From Trichoplax adhaerens (lineage: Eukaryota > Animalia > Placozoa), in assembly GCF_000150275.1 (NCBI RefSeq), contig NW_002060944.1:2766152-2830151 (forward strand): a DNA stretch of 64,000 bases, read 5' to 3'. The position numbers were made by a program, and so were the translations under genes. The notes beneath the pieces were generated by a model, which was given only the letters and a program-made list of their open reading frames with translations, had not been told where the DNA came from and did no database searches. Positions 52,432 to 64,000 of this stretch are shown in pieces; the first letter of the stretch is position 1, and each line of letters begins with the position of its first letter.

Positions 52432-53820
52432 ATGAAATCTATGCATGATTTTTTTTTTATATCAATAATCATATCATGTGAAATTCTATCTACCATCAAT
52501 GGCAATCCTCGGATAAATCCAAAAGCAAAGTCATGGTCTGAAACTCCCAACACAAGTCATGATTACCAGCGTAGGAACCATATTAATTCTTCGTCAATAC
52601 CTGATGAAAAATGGGACTATATCGAAGTAAGACCTGGAGCGCATATGTTTTGGTGGTTTCATGGTTACATAGGCCAAAGCAAATCACGTCAAGATATACC
52701 ATTAGTTTTATGGATGAATGGCGGACCTGGTGATTCCTCTGTTGGTCGCGGTAGTTTTTATCAGATTGGACCTGTGCAAATGAATCTAACACCTCGTCAA
52801 AATACCTGGTTAAAGCAAGTTAACCTGCTATTTATAGATTATCCAGTTGGTGTAGGATTCAGTTACGTTAGCTATCCATCGGCCTATAGTACAACTGACG
52901 TTCAAGTAGGTCAAGATCTCTATCATGTTATAGCTGAAGTATTAAGAAAAATAACTGCCCTACAAAATGTACCACTTTACATAATTGGTGAATCTTATGG
53001 AGGTAAAATTGGTGCTATCCTTGGCCATCAATTAATTCAAGGCAATTTAGCTGGTCAAATTCAATGTAATTTTCGTGGGACTATTTTAAGTAGTCCATTT
53101 ATATCACCAATGGATACAGCAGCATCATATGGACCCTTTCTTTACGCGATGTCATTGATTGATGATACAGAATTAAATCAATTAAATCAGCATGTGGAAA
53201 AAATAAAATCCTTAATTGCAACTGGTAATAACAAAGAAGCATCACGGCAATTTTATGTTATGCTATACATAATGCTAGAAATGACAGCTAATGTTAATAT
53301 ATACTACGTGCGTATGCATTTTCCTATCAACATCTTTGCTAGATTAGTGAATACGGCCGATGAAAATAGCAGTAATAACAATAATAATCCTAGTGAAATG
53401 TATAAAACGATGAATGGACCCATACGTAAAAAATTAGGTATAATACCTGAAAATATTACATTTGCTGATTCTAATCCTGCTGTTGGATCATACTTGGATC
53501 CAAGCTTCGTTACCGAAGTTACAGAATACGTCGATCATCTATTAGCAGCCAACGTATCTGTCATGATAGTCAACGGCCAGTTTGATGGTATTGTTAATAT
53601 ATTAAGTTACCAAAAATGGTTGAAAAAGCTGAAATGGAGTCATTTAAATCAATTCTCGAATACCCAAAAATTACCTGTTTATGATTCGAACGAACGTATA
53701 GTTGGATATAAGCAAAGCTATAAAAATTTAGAATACTGTACTATATTAGATACTGGACATTCACCAACATTAAGGATCCCTTATAAATTAATGGAGCCAT
53801 TTCAACCTGGTTTGACTTAA
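52432..53820 (+). CDS. Serine carboxypeptidase S10, SCPEP1/RISC-like, intronless, signal peptide (462 aa)
   Basis: WDYIEVRPGAHMFWWF, PLVLWMNGGPG, LLFIDYPVGVGFSY, catalytic GESYGG (Ser), NGQFD (Asp) and TGHSP (His). Confidence 0.9.
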   Translation: MKSMHDFFFISIIISCEILSTINGNPRINPKAKSWSETPNTSHDYQRRNHINSSSIPDEKWDYIEVRPGAHMFWWFHGYIGQSKSRQDIPLVLWMNGGPGDSSVGRGSFYQIGPVQMNLTPRQNTWLKQVNLLFIDYPVGVGFSYVSYPSAYSTTDVQVGQDLYHVIAEVLRKITALQNVPLYIIGESYGGKIGAILGHQLIQGNLAGQIQCNFRGTILSSPFISPMDTAASYGPFLYAMSLIDDTELNQLNQHVEKIKSLIATGNNKEASRQFYVMLYIMLEMTANVNIYYVRMHFPINIFARLVNTADENSSNNNNNPSEMYKTMNGPIRKKLGIIPENITFADSNPAVGSYLDPSFVTEVTEYVDHLLAANVSVMIVNGQFDGIVNILSYQKWLKKLKWSHLNQFSNTQKLPVYDSNERIVGYKQSYKNLEYCTILDTGHSPTLRIPYKLMEPFQPGLT

Positions 53821-56484
53821 TCTTAAGGTAGCATATTTAAGCGTATATGAGTATCTTATTTAAAGTCATAATGTATCACGTTATAACTAAATTATAAAAT
53901 TTGAATGTAAAATCGTGATTAATAAGTTCTGATATTAAGACATGACTGTTGAAAATTCGCCTTAAATTGCTTTAATTTTGGCGCTAGAGCAGTACGTCAA
54001 AAATTTAGAGTACATGTATATGGTTTCTTGCCACTTCGAGTTACTATAATGCTAAGCCGTTTATTAATTTCTCAATTACACGATATATAAAAGAGTAATT
54101 CAAACTATTGATGTAAAGCATGAGATTGATTTGTTCTCTAGCTATTTTTGTGATATTAACGAGGTTTCTATTTACGTATTTAAAACATTATAACTCTTTA
54201 CATATTGGAGCACTGCCCAAATTAGCTTTAAGATTAAAATTACTGTATTGTACGAAAATTGATCAATTGAACGTTTGATTGTAAGATTGTGTAAGTGTAT
54301 ATTACAGATAATTACAGTACGAATTGTAGTAATTCTATTGAGATGTTTATGTTAACGTTCTGAGACTCAGATAGATTGTGCTGAGTATGTTATCAATATG
54401 TCTTTAGGATTAAGTAATAATATGGTTATCGGCAACCGCATTACGAAGATTGATAAATAAAGAGAACATCTGAAAAATAGAATTTACTACATCGTAAAGT
54501 GAAAATTCATTTTTGTTCTTCAAACTAATTAAAGATCATATACCTGATGCAATTATTAGCAATGTGAGCTCTGTAAGGGTAATGATATGCTGCAATAATC
54601 TGAAGATTGAAAAATAAATTAACGCGGTGTATCTGTTATCTAGACTCGAAATTAAGTATCTATCCATATACCTATAAAGTTGTAAAACACAAGTGATAGA
54701 AATTGTTGTGTATTTGTTACACTACTAGTATTAACCAAGTCTGAGAATCAGATATACGACAGAAATAATTGCGTAAGGGTAATACTTTTGTACATAGAAG
54801 GGGCTAATTTAGCATATCTCAACAGTTGTTTTACCGTAATTAATGTGCCTAATACATATACGAACATATCCTGTTCGATTATGCATAGCCTCTTTAATTA
54901 CAAAGTACATTCATTTTACAATCTTAATAAATTGACAAGCTTCAGGATGATTATTTATATCATCTACTGCGATTGTGAACTGCTTTCAAGTTTTGAAGAA
55001 GACAAGAGTTAAATATCGTAAGCTATTAGTACTAGATAGATAGTGATATTTTGATTATAATTGTCTAATACCAATATATAGATATGTAAAAATTGTTTTG
55101 GGAATAGCAAAATTAATTTGTACCCTTGCATTAGACTCAGTAAGTTGTATCCTATATCTACAAAAAGATTAGCGCTAGATGCAGATTGTGTCTGACTTCT
55201 TAAGTAGATAAATTAATAGATTAAAGAAGTTTAGCATCTAATATAGGATAAATTCAAATATTACGGCAGATTTTTCATAATCATCTTTAAGTACAGCTAT
55301 TGAAAGTCATAATTTAGCAGCCTATGCAATAGAGATGATATTGTTCAAATAAATATAACGTTATCTACATGCAATATGTCGTGTTAGCTAATAGATGGTC
55401 ATTACTTAATTATCTAGAAAACAATTCATCGCACTTTTTGCAGCGACAGTTTAGGTGCCGTATAATTTAATTTATCTAATTTTTTTCAATATATTCTAAA
55501 TGCCAGATCGGTGATCTATGCCCTAACAAATAACCTACTATAAACAATTTTAGTTCGGATACTGTAATGCAGTTTAAAATACTCGTATAATATAAACTTT
55601 TAAAAAAGTCTTGATTCTAGCGGATGTATATATTATGGTGGCCTACATTGCCAGTCACATAGTACTAGTATTAATTGCAACTACTGTTATATTATCAAGT
55701 AAATTGTTATGATTTTAGTCAAATGTTTATACAATACATTGACCTGTACTAAAGTATTCGCTTGACGAAAATAACCCTTCCGAGATCTGTTAGTAAATAA
55801 TGCTAAAGTCCAAAATTTCACTTCTTGTATTCTAATCAACCCTAAATTTACCTATTAAATGACTATCTTACTGAAAACTTAGCATCTATCATCAAAAAAC
55901 AAAAACCCAATTGCCGTATGTATACTAATGTAATTGTGTTTGATTTACAACAGTTCTTCATAAAAGTGCATTAAAAAGATAAAATGCCATTTGATCTATT
56001 AGAGGAGGTGTACTGATTATAATTATTGAACCTTTCAATCGCAGTGATGCAGCTAATCATAAAATGATCTTCATTACATCCGATAATATTTTAGGAATGT
56101 TAAATATCACCTATAGCATATTTATCTAAGCTAAAGATCATAGAATAAATAAAGATCTACATCTACAAGATTTTTTAATTGTTTATTGGATTTACAGGAA
56201 ATTGCTGAGATAGCCATGCCGCTATTTTAGGATACAGAGGAGAAAGATGTAGCATTTAATTTATTAATTAGATAACAAAAACAACATCACTTTTCTATTT
56301 ACGTTATACATCTAATATAAGTAATCATATAATTTATAAACTTGGTAAACTAAAGTTGGTAAAATTCCCTGACATATTATTTTCTTATAAAGTAAAAAAA
56401 TTTTGACTGATGATAATTACTGACGCTAAGAAATCAGCTTGGAGTTTCAAGTATTAATTTTATTAAGCGGATGATAATGTTATC

Positions 56485-57975
56485 ATGGAGAAACCTGTAG
56501 CGAAACCTAAATCTAATTTAAGCTCCTATTGCCCATCTAAAACAATTATAATAGCAATTGCTATAAGTATTATTATCATATTAGCCATAATTATCCCTAT
56601 TTTTATCGTATTCGGAAAACCATATCAACTTCAGGGAACAAGTTCCGTAACTGATAGTTACAGCCCAAGCCAAACTACCTCTAACCCAACAACTGCAACA
56701 ACCACAGTACCTTCAAGTTCTCCTCAAACTTCATATAAACCAATTCTTAGTATACCTGATGAGTTATGGGGGTATTATGAAGTCCGTCCTGGTGCTCATA
56801 TGTTTTGGTGGTTTTATGGCTATCGTGGTAGTCAATTACGCTCCCAGATGCCACTAATATTGTGGATGAGTGGTGGACCAGGCTATTCATCTGTAGGTAA
56901 AGGAAATTTTGGTCAGGTAGGGCCAATTCAGTTGGATCTAAAACCCCGAAACAAGACGTTGATTAAACGTGCTAACGTGCTATTTATTGATTATCCAGTT
57001 GGTACAGGATTCAGTTACGTCGATAAAATGTCTGCATATAGTCGTTCTGACAATGAGGTTGCCCAAGATTTATATCGTACATTTGCGCATGTTTTACATT
57101 TGCTGCCTTCTTTACAATTATTGCCATTTCATCTTGTTGCAGAATCATATGGTGGCAAGATAGGTTCAATGTTTGGTAATTTATTATTACAGGCTAAAAA
57201 AGAGGGTCGAATTCAATGCAACTTTATTAGTTGCATCCTAAGTAGTCCATTGCTTTCTACAGCCGATACCATCGAATTTGCAGGACCTTACCTAAATGCG
57301 TTCTCACTTATTGACGCTATGCAATCGCAACAACTACTGAATCAGGCGAACAGCATAAAACAATATCTTCAGCAGAAACGAGGCATTGATGCAACAGCGG
57401 TTTTAGAGCAATCATTAGAACGTATGGTTAACATTAGTAGCAAAGCTAATCTTCATAATGTAATTAACTACTTATCCGAGAATCCTTTTACTACCTTAGT
57501 AAAGCGCAATTACACCGACATACAAAGCTTACAAAATAATCCTACCATAGCTCCAACAGCCGCCTATGCAGTTATGAATAACCAAATCCGTCATAAGCTA
57601 GGCATTGTACCAAGGCATGTTAAATTCGCCTCCAGTAACATTTTAGTTTATGCTCTATTAAGAGAATCAATCTGTTATCCATCTATTGCTAATGCAGAAG
57701 CAATTCTAAATGCAAATGTCTCTGTTTTAATTATCAATGGTCAATTTGATGCTTTCGTTAACGGGATAAGTTTGCAAAAAACCATAAAAAAGATTAATTG
57801 GCCTTACATGAAATTATTTCAATCGAGCAAAAAGGCTGTGATGAAAGACGATGCTGGAAGAATAGTTGGTTTCATCAAGAAATATCGTAATCTTTCTTTT
57901 ATGACTATGATAGACAAAGGTCATTCACCAATTCTATCAGTTCCTGATTCGTATATCGGAAGCGTTCAGAATTAG
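56485..57975 (+). CDS. Serine carboxypeptidase S10, SCPEP1-like paralogue, intronless, N-terminal signal anchor and Ser/Thr stalk (496 aa)
   Basis: TM IIIAIAISIIIILAIIIPIFIVF, S/T/P-rich linker, then WGYYEVRPGAHMFWWF, WMSGGPG, AESYGG, NGQFD and KGHSP. Confidence 0.9.
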   Translation: MEKPVAKPKSNLSSYCPSKTIIIAIAISIIIILAIIIPIFIVFGKPYQLQGTSSVTDSYSPSQTTSNPTTATTTVPSSSPQTSYKPILSIPDELWGYYEVRPGAHMFWWFYGYRGSQLRSQMPLILWMSGGPGYSSVGKGNFGQVGPIQLDLKPRNKTLIKRANVLFIDYPVGTGFSYVDKMSAYSRSDNEVAQDLYRTFAHVLHLLPSLQLLPFHLVAESYGGKIGSMFGNLLLQAKKEGRIQCNFISCILSSPLLSTADTIEFAGPYLNAFSLIDAMQSQQLLNQANSIKQYLQQKRGIDATAVLEQSLERMVNISSKANLHNVINYLSENPFTTLVKRNYTDIQSLQNNPTIAPTAAYAVMNNQIRHKLGIVPRHVKFASSNILVYALLRESICYPSIANAEAILNANVSVLIINGQFDAFVNGISLQKTIKKINWPYMKLFQSSKKAVMKDDAGRIVGFIKKYRNLSFMTMIDKGHSPILSVPDSYIGSVQN

Positions 57976-59085
57976 AAATTAAGCATTAACATTAGTTATT
58001 TATTTATATACTTGATATAAAGAATCGCTTGTCGTTAACTAATAAAATATTTTCGGTAATGCTTTTATTTAATTTTATACATTTCAAATTTTAGCTAAAT
58101 TTACACGCTATCATTACCTCAAATAAATCCGTTTCTGTATTTATAGATACCCAAATACATGCAAGCGTAGCTCGAATTATACTGTAGAGAGCCTTATAAT
58201 TTTAATCGTGCTAACCTTTTTTCCTTATTGTATACGGCGTTAACTCTAAAATCTTCGAATTAGAATGAAACTAAAGTAACCAAAGTAATAATAAATTAAT
58301 AATTCTCAGCTTTTTAAAAATTTAGGTACTAAACCGTTTTGGTATACAAAACGGATAATTCATATCCCTAAATTTTAGCAAACCTTGGTATCATAAGAAA
58401 ATATACCGTACGTATTATTACTGTGAAATCATTAAATCATTCATTGTAAATTGCCTCACTGTATAATTATCAAAGAGTCATACTTTTTCCAATAAATTCA
58501 CTGTTTCATAAAATTTATGAAGGAGAATAATGGTAAGAAAGCTTCTGTATGTGATCGAAAGCGATCACCGTAGTGTAGTTATTCAATGCAATATGTACTG
58601 TACATTCGTATCCGTTTATTGGACTATATTCCGAAGCTCCTTTTTGCAATGTCGACTATCGAGTAAATATGAAGCATAGTACTATAAAAGTCAGCCAGTG
58701 CTGATACTTAAAGTGAACTATGGTTGAATAATGAGCATTCCTTTGTGCACACTTTAAATCTAGTTTAATGACTAAATTTAAGCAGAACTTGAAGAACTCT
58801 GTGAATCTGCAAAGCACTGCAGTGTGAACTGATGTACTGCACTGTAAACGATGTATTGCATGTACGATTGCATCTAGTATAATCAGCGTTGACGTAAATT
58901 TCAACCTTTCTTGGATGGCTTAATGCACAATGCAGATCAAGTCTGATCGAATTAGGATGAAATTTGCATTTTTATCCACATTGATTGACCCATTTAAAAA
59001 AAACAATATAATTTATTTACGTAATTCCCCTATTTTCCCTATTCAGCAGGGAAAATAGGGTAAATTCTAGTCTACAGTAAATCGA

Positions 59086-59285
59086 GCATTCGACTATCCT
59101 CATCGAAAGCAGATAAATTTACTGCATTAAACCAATTTTACGGTGTATAGGATTGAACGCTGTAAAATATTCAATCTACCCTCGTAAAATCAAAACAGAT
59201 ACTTTACTGCATTCGATTAATTTTACAATATATAGGATTGAAGGCTGCAAAGTATTCCATTCATCCTCATAATATCCAATCTATA
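59086..59285. repeat. Degenerate ~85-bp tandem duplication (~2.5 copies)
   Basis: TTTACTGCATT...TTTTAC...TATAGGATTGAA.GCTG.AAA.TATTC.AT...CCTC at 59118 and 59203. Confidence 0.7.
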
Positions 59286-59343
59286 TATTGATATTGTTTC
59301 CATCCTATACAGTTACTGCCTATAGACCCATCTTAATCGATGA

Positions 59344-59860
59344 CTACTGTACACAGTGTACAGTACTGTACAGTACTTTACAGTAGTTATCCAGGCACGG
59401 TACTTATACTGTACTGTACTGTACTGTACTGTACTGTACAGTACACTTGTACAGTACCGTGCCTGGATAAGGCGTGTACTGTACACTGTGTTATCCTGTC
59501 ACCACAGTACTGTACTCCTGTACAGTGTACAGTACACTCACAGTACAGTGTACAGTACTCAAAGTTTTACATACTGTACTGTACAGTACTGTACTCTACT
59601 GTAATGTACAGTATTGTCGCATACAGTATACTGTACTGTACAGTAGTATACGGTAGAATATTGTACAGTACTGTACTGTACTGTACTGTACAGTAGTTAT
59701 CCTATCACCACAGTACGGTACAGTACAGTACAGTACTGTACAGTGTACAGTACAGTATTCAAAGTTTTTACATACTGTACTGTACACTGTACTGTTCTGT
59801 ACCGTACTGTACTGTACAGTACAGTACGGTATTGTCACATACTGTATACTGTACAGTAGA
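59344..59860. repeat. Second TACAG/CTGTA array, with an ~200-bp internal duplication and an 18-bp perfect inverted repeat
   Basis: TTATCCT(G/A)TCACCACAGTAC and AAAGTTTT(T)ACATACTGTAC each occur twice. The IR arms are 59387-59404 and 59453-59470. Confidence 0.92.
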
Positions 59861-59985
59861 ATATTGTATCATCGTTGAAGCTATTGACGCTGAGTATCTG
59901 AGTAATCGTGGTTATAATGGCTGGGGCCTACTGTACGGTACCGTAAAATGTACTAGATTGATGACACAACTGGTCTAATTAAAAC

Positions 59986-62813
59986 ATGGATGCAGTCAAG
60001 AATTACTTTAAGAAAAAAAACTTAGACAGAAAATTTAAAAGGGCTGGTGATGGTCATGTATTAGCGGAAGAATCAGAGCCAAAGGTAAACGATCCTTTAA
60101 AAGTGGAAGCCCGTATTCAACCGACATCGGATGCTTCGCGTGCTGGCCAAGCAGCTATAGCCAGACTTGACAATCAATCAAAGAAGAGTCAAGTCAAATA
60201 CAGGGAACCATATTCTGATGCCAACACATCCAATGTACCCACAACTACAAATGACAGGATAAGTCAAAAGGTAGATGCTGTTTCGTATAAAGATACAGAA
60301 AGAGGAGCAGCTGGTAAGCAGTGCATACCATTTATTTTACTTTAAAATAATCCTAACATTTCGTAGTGGATCTACAATTTATCATGTTAATGAAGGTATC
60401 AAAGCATATCAGTAAAGACGAGTAAAACTAGTTTTTCATTACTACAGTAGTGACCGTTTGAACGAAAGTAAACATAACTACGATACATAAACTGCTCATA
60501 GTATTACAGTTTCCTATCATCAACTGCCTTTTATATATCGTACTGGATGTATTATTGTTCCCACCAGTGAAAGAGCTATTTCTGTACAAACTTCCATTTT
60601 TGAATATTCATACAGTAAACTCCAGCAAATACACTACTGTACTATCATAAAGCAACTCATAGACTTGTAGAGATACATTATAATCTTAAATGTTATTTAC
60701 TAAATATATGATTTCATTCTATGATATATGAAAATGTAGCCTCCAATGCGCGTGCTGGCTCTGATCAAGCCCAGGTAAATGGCCATACGGAAATGCATGA
60801 CCGAAAAATTTAGTTCTGTAAATATATTATCGAACTGGTGCTTAAAATCTTACATTCTATGCATGATTTCGTCTTAGACATTGAATGAGCCGGTTACCAT
60901 TTAAGTATTGATAGTATAAATATTTTATCCTTAGGCTTTAATCGAGGTGCAAAGAGTGATTCTTGTCTGTCCATTTTGTAAAAGAAGCAAAACTAATAGT
61001 GAAATCCAAGATTGTATGAGATCGTGCTTGAATGAGGTATCAACATTTTAACTACACGCCAACTGAATAATTCATGGTTATTCAGAACACTTTCTTAAAT
61101 TACTTATTGCCATAGATCCAACATATAGTAGTTATATATGATTTGTAAGACCACTTCTAGTATTGCTTCCAATTTAAGCTTCTCTACAATATATACAGTA
61201 AAATCTTTCATATCCTATGTAGTGGCATAAAACGGATCCCATAGAAGCTGCTGCATCTCGCATTAAAACACTAAATCGTAAGGAAGCTGTTGATACTTCC
61301 GTAGCAACGTTAAGCAAGTAAGAATAAAACAAATACGTAATTTTGCGCATTTTTCAAATACCGCTCTGGTTTCTATAAATTTTACTTTGCGTTAGATGTG
61401 CGACCTTTTACATAGGTAACCTAACTCTTGCTCACTTAAATTCGATTAGGTACATAAATAACATTATAGCTGATCCTGCTACTGAAAAATACCGAAAAAT
61501 CCGCTCTAGTAATAAAATCTTCCAGGTCAGTTATGCTTAATATCCGAATGGATCAATTCGGTCTTGCTACTAAATTTTATTGAGATACGAGTTACAACAC
61601 TGTATTAGCCAGATGGCGGATATTATCAGCAATAGATACGTATCATTAACGATGCCATTACTGTTTATCACCTAACAGGAAAAAGTTGCTGACGTTGAAG
61701 GGAGTACTTCGTTTTTATTGTCATTAGGATTTACCTTGCAGCGCTTACCATTTCAAGGTTTATCACCTTTACTTGTGTAGGAACTGTTTTGTGTTAAAAA
61801 TGTCGATAAATGTATTCACGTGCTTGTTATTCTGCTAATATAGATAGTGAAGAAGACTTTTATTATCTTGATCGTGAAAAAATAGTCGACGTCGATGTGC
61901 TGAAAGCGGCATTACTAATTTTAACATCCGCTGAGGCTAAAAAGCCTACATTAGACAAAGATATGCGCGTTTATCGAGCAGCGAGTGCTGCACCCAAAGT
62001 CGAGTTGCCGTCTGAATTTTATACAATATTGGCCTCAGAGTTAAAGCAAGAACAAACCCAAAAGTAAACATTGCAAAGACATAGTACAAGCTAGTTGCTG
62101 ATATACGCACTTTAATCTTTATGATTAGCAATCAAGATCCATTGCTATATTCAAAATACTTATAATCTCTTCTACAGATCGAAAGCTGCAGCTCTAGAAT
62201 CTGAGCTGAGAACTAAAGCCATGCGAAAAAGAGATGAAGGAAGAATTTCTCGCCATTATTTATATACTATTATTCGCGTAAAATTTCCAGATGATGTTTT
62301 AATACAAGGTATGACCCCTGATTATTAGCTCGAATGTTACGCTACCCTAATTACAGATGGTACCGTCTTCCTTTGTAATTTTAAGTGCGATAGCAGCTTA
62401 TATTTTTCACTACTTGTTCTTAGGTACTTTTCATAGCAACGATGCGCTAGCAATGGTATTCGAATTTATCAATTCTTGTTTATGCAACGATGCCATCGTT
62501 TATACACTTTCGACCTCAATAGGAAAGAAGCTCGATAATGACAAAGCAACCTTGTCCAAATTAGATTTAGTAAGTAGCGCAGTGATACATTTATATACTT
62601 TCTCTTTCTTGCTATTAGGATATTCATAGTCACATTTCAATGTTTTATCACTGATGCACTCTCAACTTTCATTAGGTACCTTCATGTGTCTTACATGTAT
62701 CATGGGATGTATCAATTATGGCTGAGTTACAAGCAGTTGGCCTTCTAGAACCAAGCCAAAAATTTTACTATCTTAAAAATAGTGTTAAATTTCTGATTCA
62801 GGAGCTCCATTAA
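59986..62813 (+). CDS. UBXN6: UBX domain-containing protein 6 (UBXD1), p97/VCP cofactor, multi-exon
   Basis: N-terminus MDAVKNYFKKKNLDRKFKRAGDGHVL, VIM-like ASRAGQAAIARL, PUB domain YINNIIADPATEKYRKIRSSNKIFQEKV, ELPSEFY, LRTKAMR, and UBX domain YTIIRVKFPDDVLIQGTF. Stop TAA at 62811-62813. Confidence 0.9.
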
Positions 62814-63872
62814 TGCTTCAATGCCTTTACGGAATACGTATTTAAATCGCTATATCAAAATAAGTGCTAATTCGAATATTATATACTTTAAACATATTTG
62901 AATAGTATATTAATCTCTTGTCATTTATATTCTTGCATTCAGAATATTTGATAATATTCTATAAGGACATACTTTGGTACCACATACTTTAACAAAACGC
63001 GTGCAAACTTTTTATTCTTTCGAATCTTCTCGTTAAGGCTATTTCATATACTTGTAAAATATATTATGATAATTCTATTTGTATGATATACTTATCTAAG
63101 ATGATTTATAGAAAAGTAGGAAAGTGATATCAATACTTAATAATTATTATCATCAAAGTAATAAAAAAAGGCGATACCTCAATGGTATTATTTAATTGCA
63201 AACAACAAAATAACAACTCATAAGTTACCCATAGTGTAGTATATAATAATTACTATTATATACATTGACACGATACGCGATGTCATCTGTACAAGTGAAA
63301 CTGATTAACATAACTGACGCACGCTACGAAAGTAAAGATCATGTTACTCCTGCTAATAGTATCGCGCAAAAATGTAGACAAAAATTGCGCCAAAAACACT
63401 AGTGAACGACTTTTAAACTCTAACAGTGCTTTTAGATAAACTATGCTTGAATTTTCATTAGTGATTACGATTACTAAAAAGTATTACCGTAACAATTTAA
63501 AAGCTAGTCAGAATACTCTAACAAATACTTAATATTACTACATAGCGTTTACTTTTAAGATTCACCAAGCAAACGAATTGATTGATTCATATGATTCTAC
63601 CATAGTTAGAAATAGTAGAATTACTTCGTTTGTTAGGGTATAGAAGAACGCAACATGCAACTAAAGTCGTTTCTTTCTGATCTGTAATATTGTGAGCGTT
63701 CAGATATGGAGTGCATCTGTCTAAATAAGGTGATCACTATTGTTACTTTAATTAGATCTGTTCGACCGGAAAGAACGGCATGATAAAGAATAGAACTAAT
63801 GACCAAGCGATATTCCAACTCTCGTAGATTCCAACAATATGAGATTTCTAATAGCTAAGCAATCGATGAGCA

Positions 63873-64000
63873 TTATGCTAGAAGACTACGATATTTAGAT
63901 GATTTTATGAATCTAGGATAAGAGTCAGTAGCCATTAATTCTTTGATGCATTTTTGACCTTGATCGAAAATGTTATTATCAATTGATTCCATTCTTTTCC
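63873..64000 (-). CDS. Regulator of G-protein signalling (RGS) domain protein, final coding segment (5'-partial, runs off the window)
   Basis: The minus strand translates to KRMESIDNNIFDQGQKCIKELMATDSYPRFIKSSKYRSLLA*, matching the RGS C-terminal signature FDxAQxxIxxLMxxDSYPRFxxS. It is not in the ORF track. Confidence 0.85.
   Translation of the reverse strand, partial: KRMESIDNNIFDQGQKCIKELMATDSYPRFIKSSKYRSLLA

Overview
Eukaryotic, AT-rich, gene-dense animal genomic DNA with short GT-AG introns. The style (compact introns, basal-metazoan gene set, TACAG/CTGTA arrays) suggests a placozoan such as Trichoplax; this is inference only. Genes in order: 3' part of GPCPD1/GDE5 (+); AIMP1 (-); a 4-copy ~330-bp tandem repeat between head-to-head AIMP1 and RABGAP1 (+); a secreted 7x laminin-type-EGF protein with an RGD motif and charged aromatic tails (-); two convergent Crumbs-family genes (+ and -); two intronless SCPEP1-like serine carboxypeptidases bracketed by TACAG/CTGTA arrays; UBXN6 (+); and the last exon of an RGS-domain gene (-) that the ORF track missed. 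The main finding is the Crumbs pair. One paralogue has a canonical FERM motif but ends in DRLI and carries a furin site; the other ends in ERLI, has a Tyr->Phe FERM motif, and carries an S1P-type RRLL site in the equivalent LamG loop. Exon boundaries were read by eye, and homology calls rest on recalled family motifs, not database searches.
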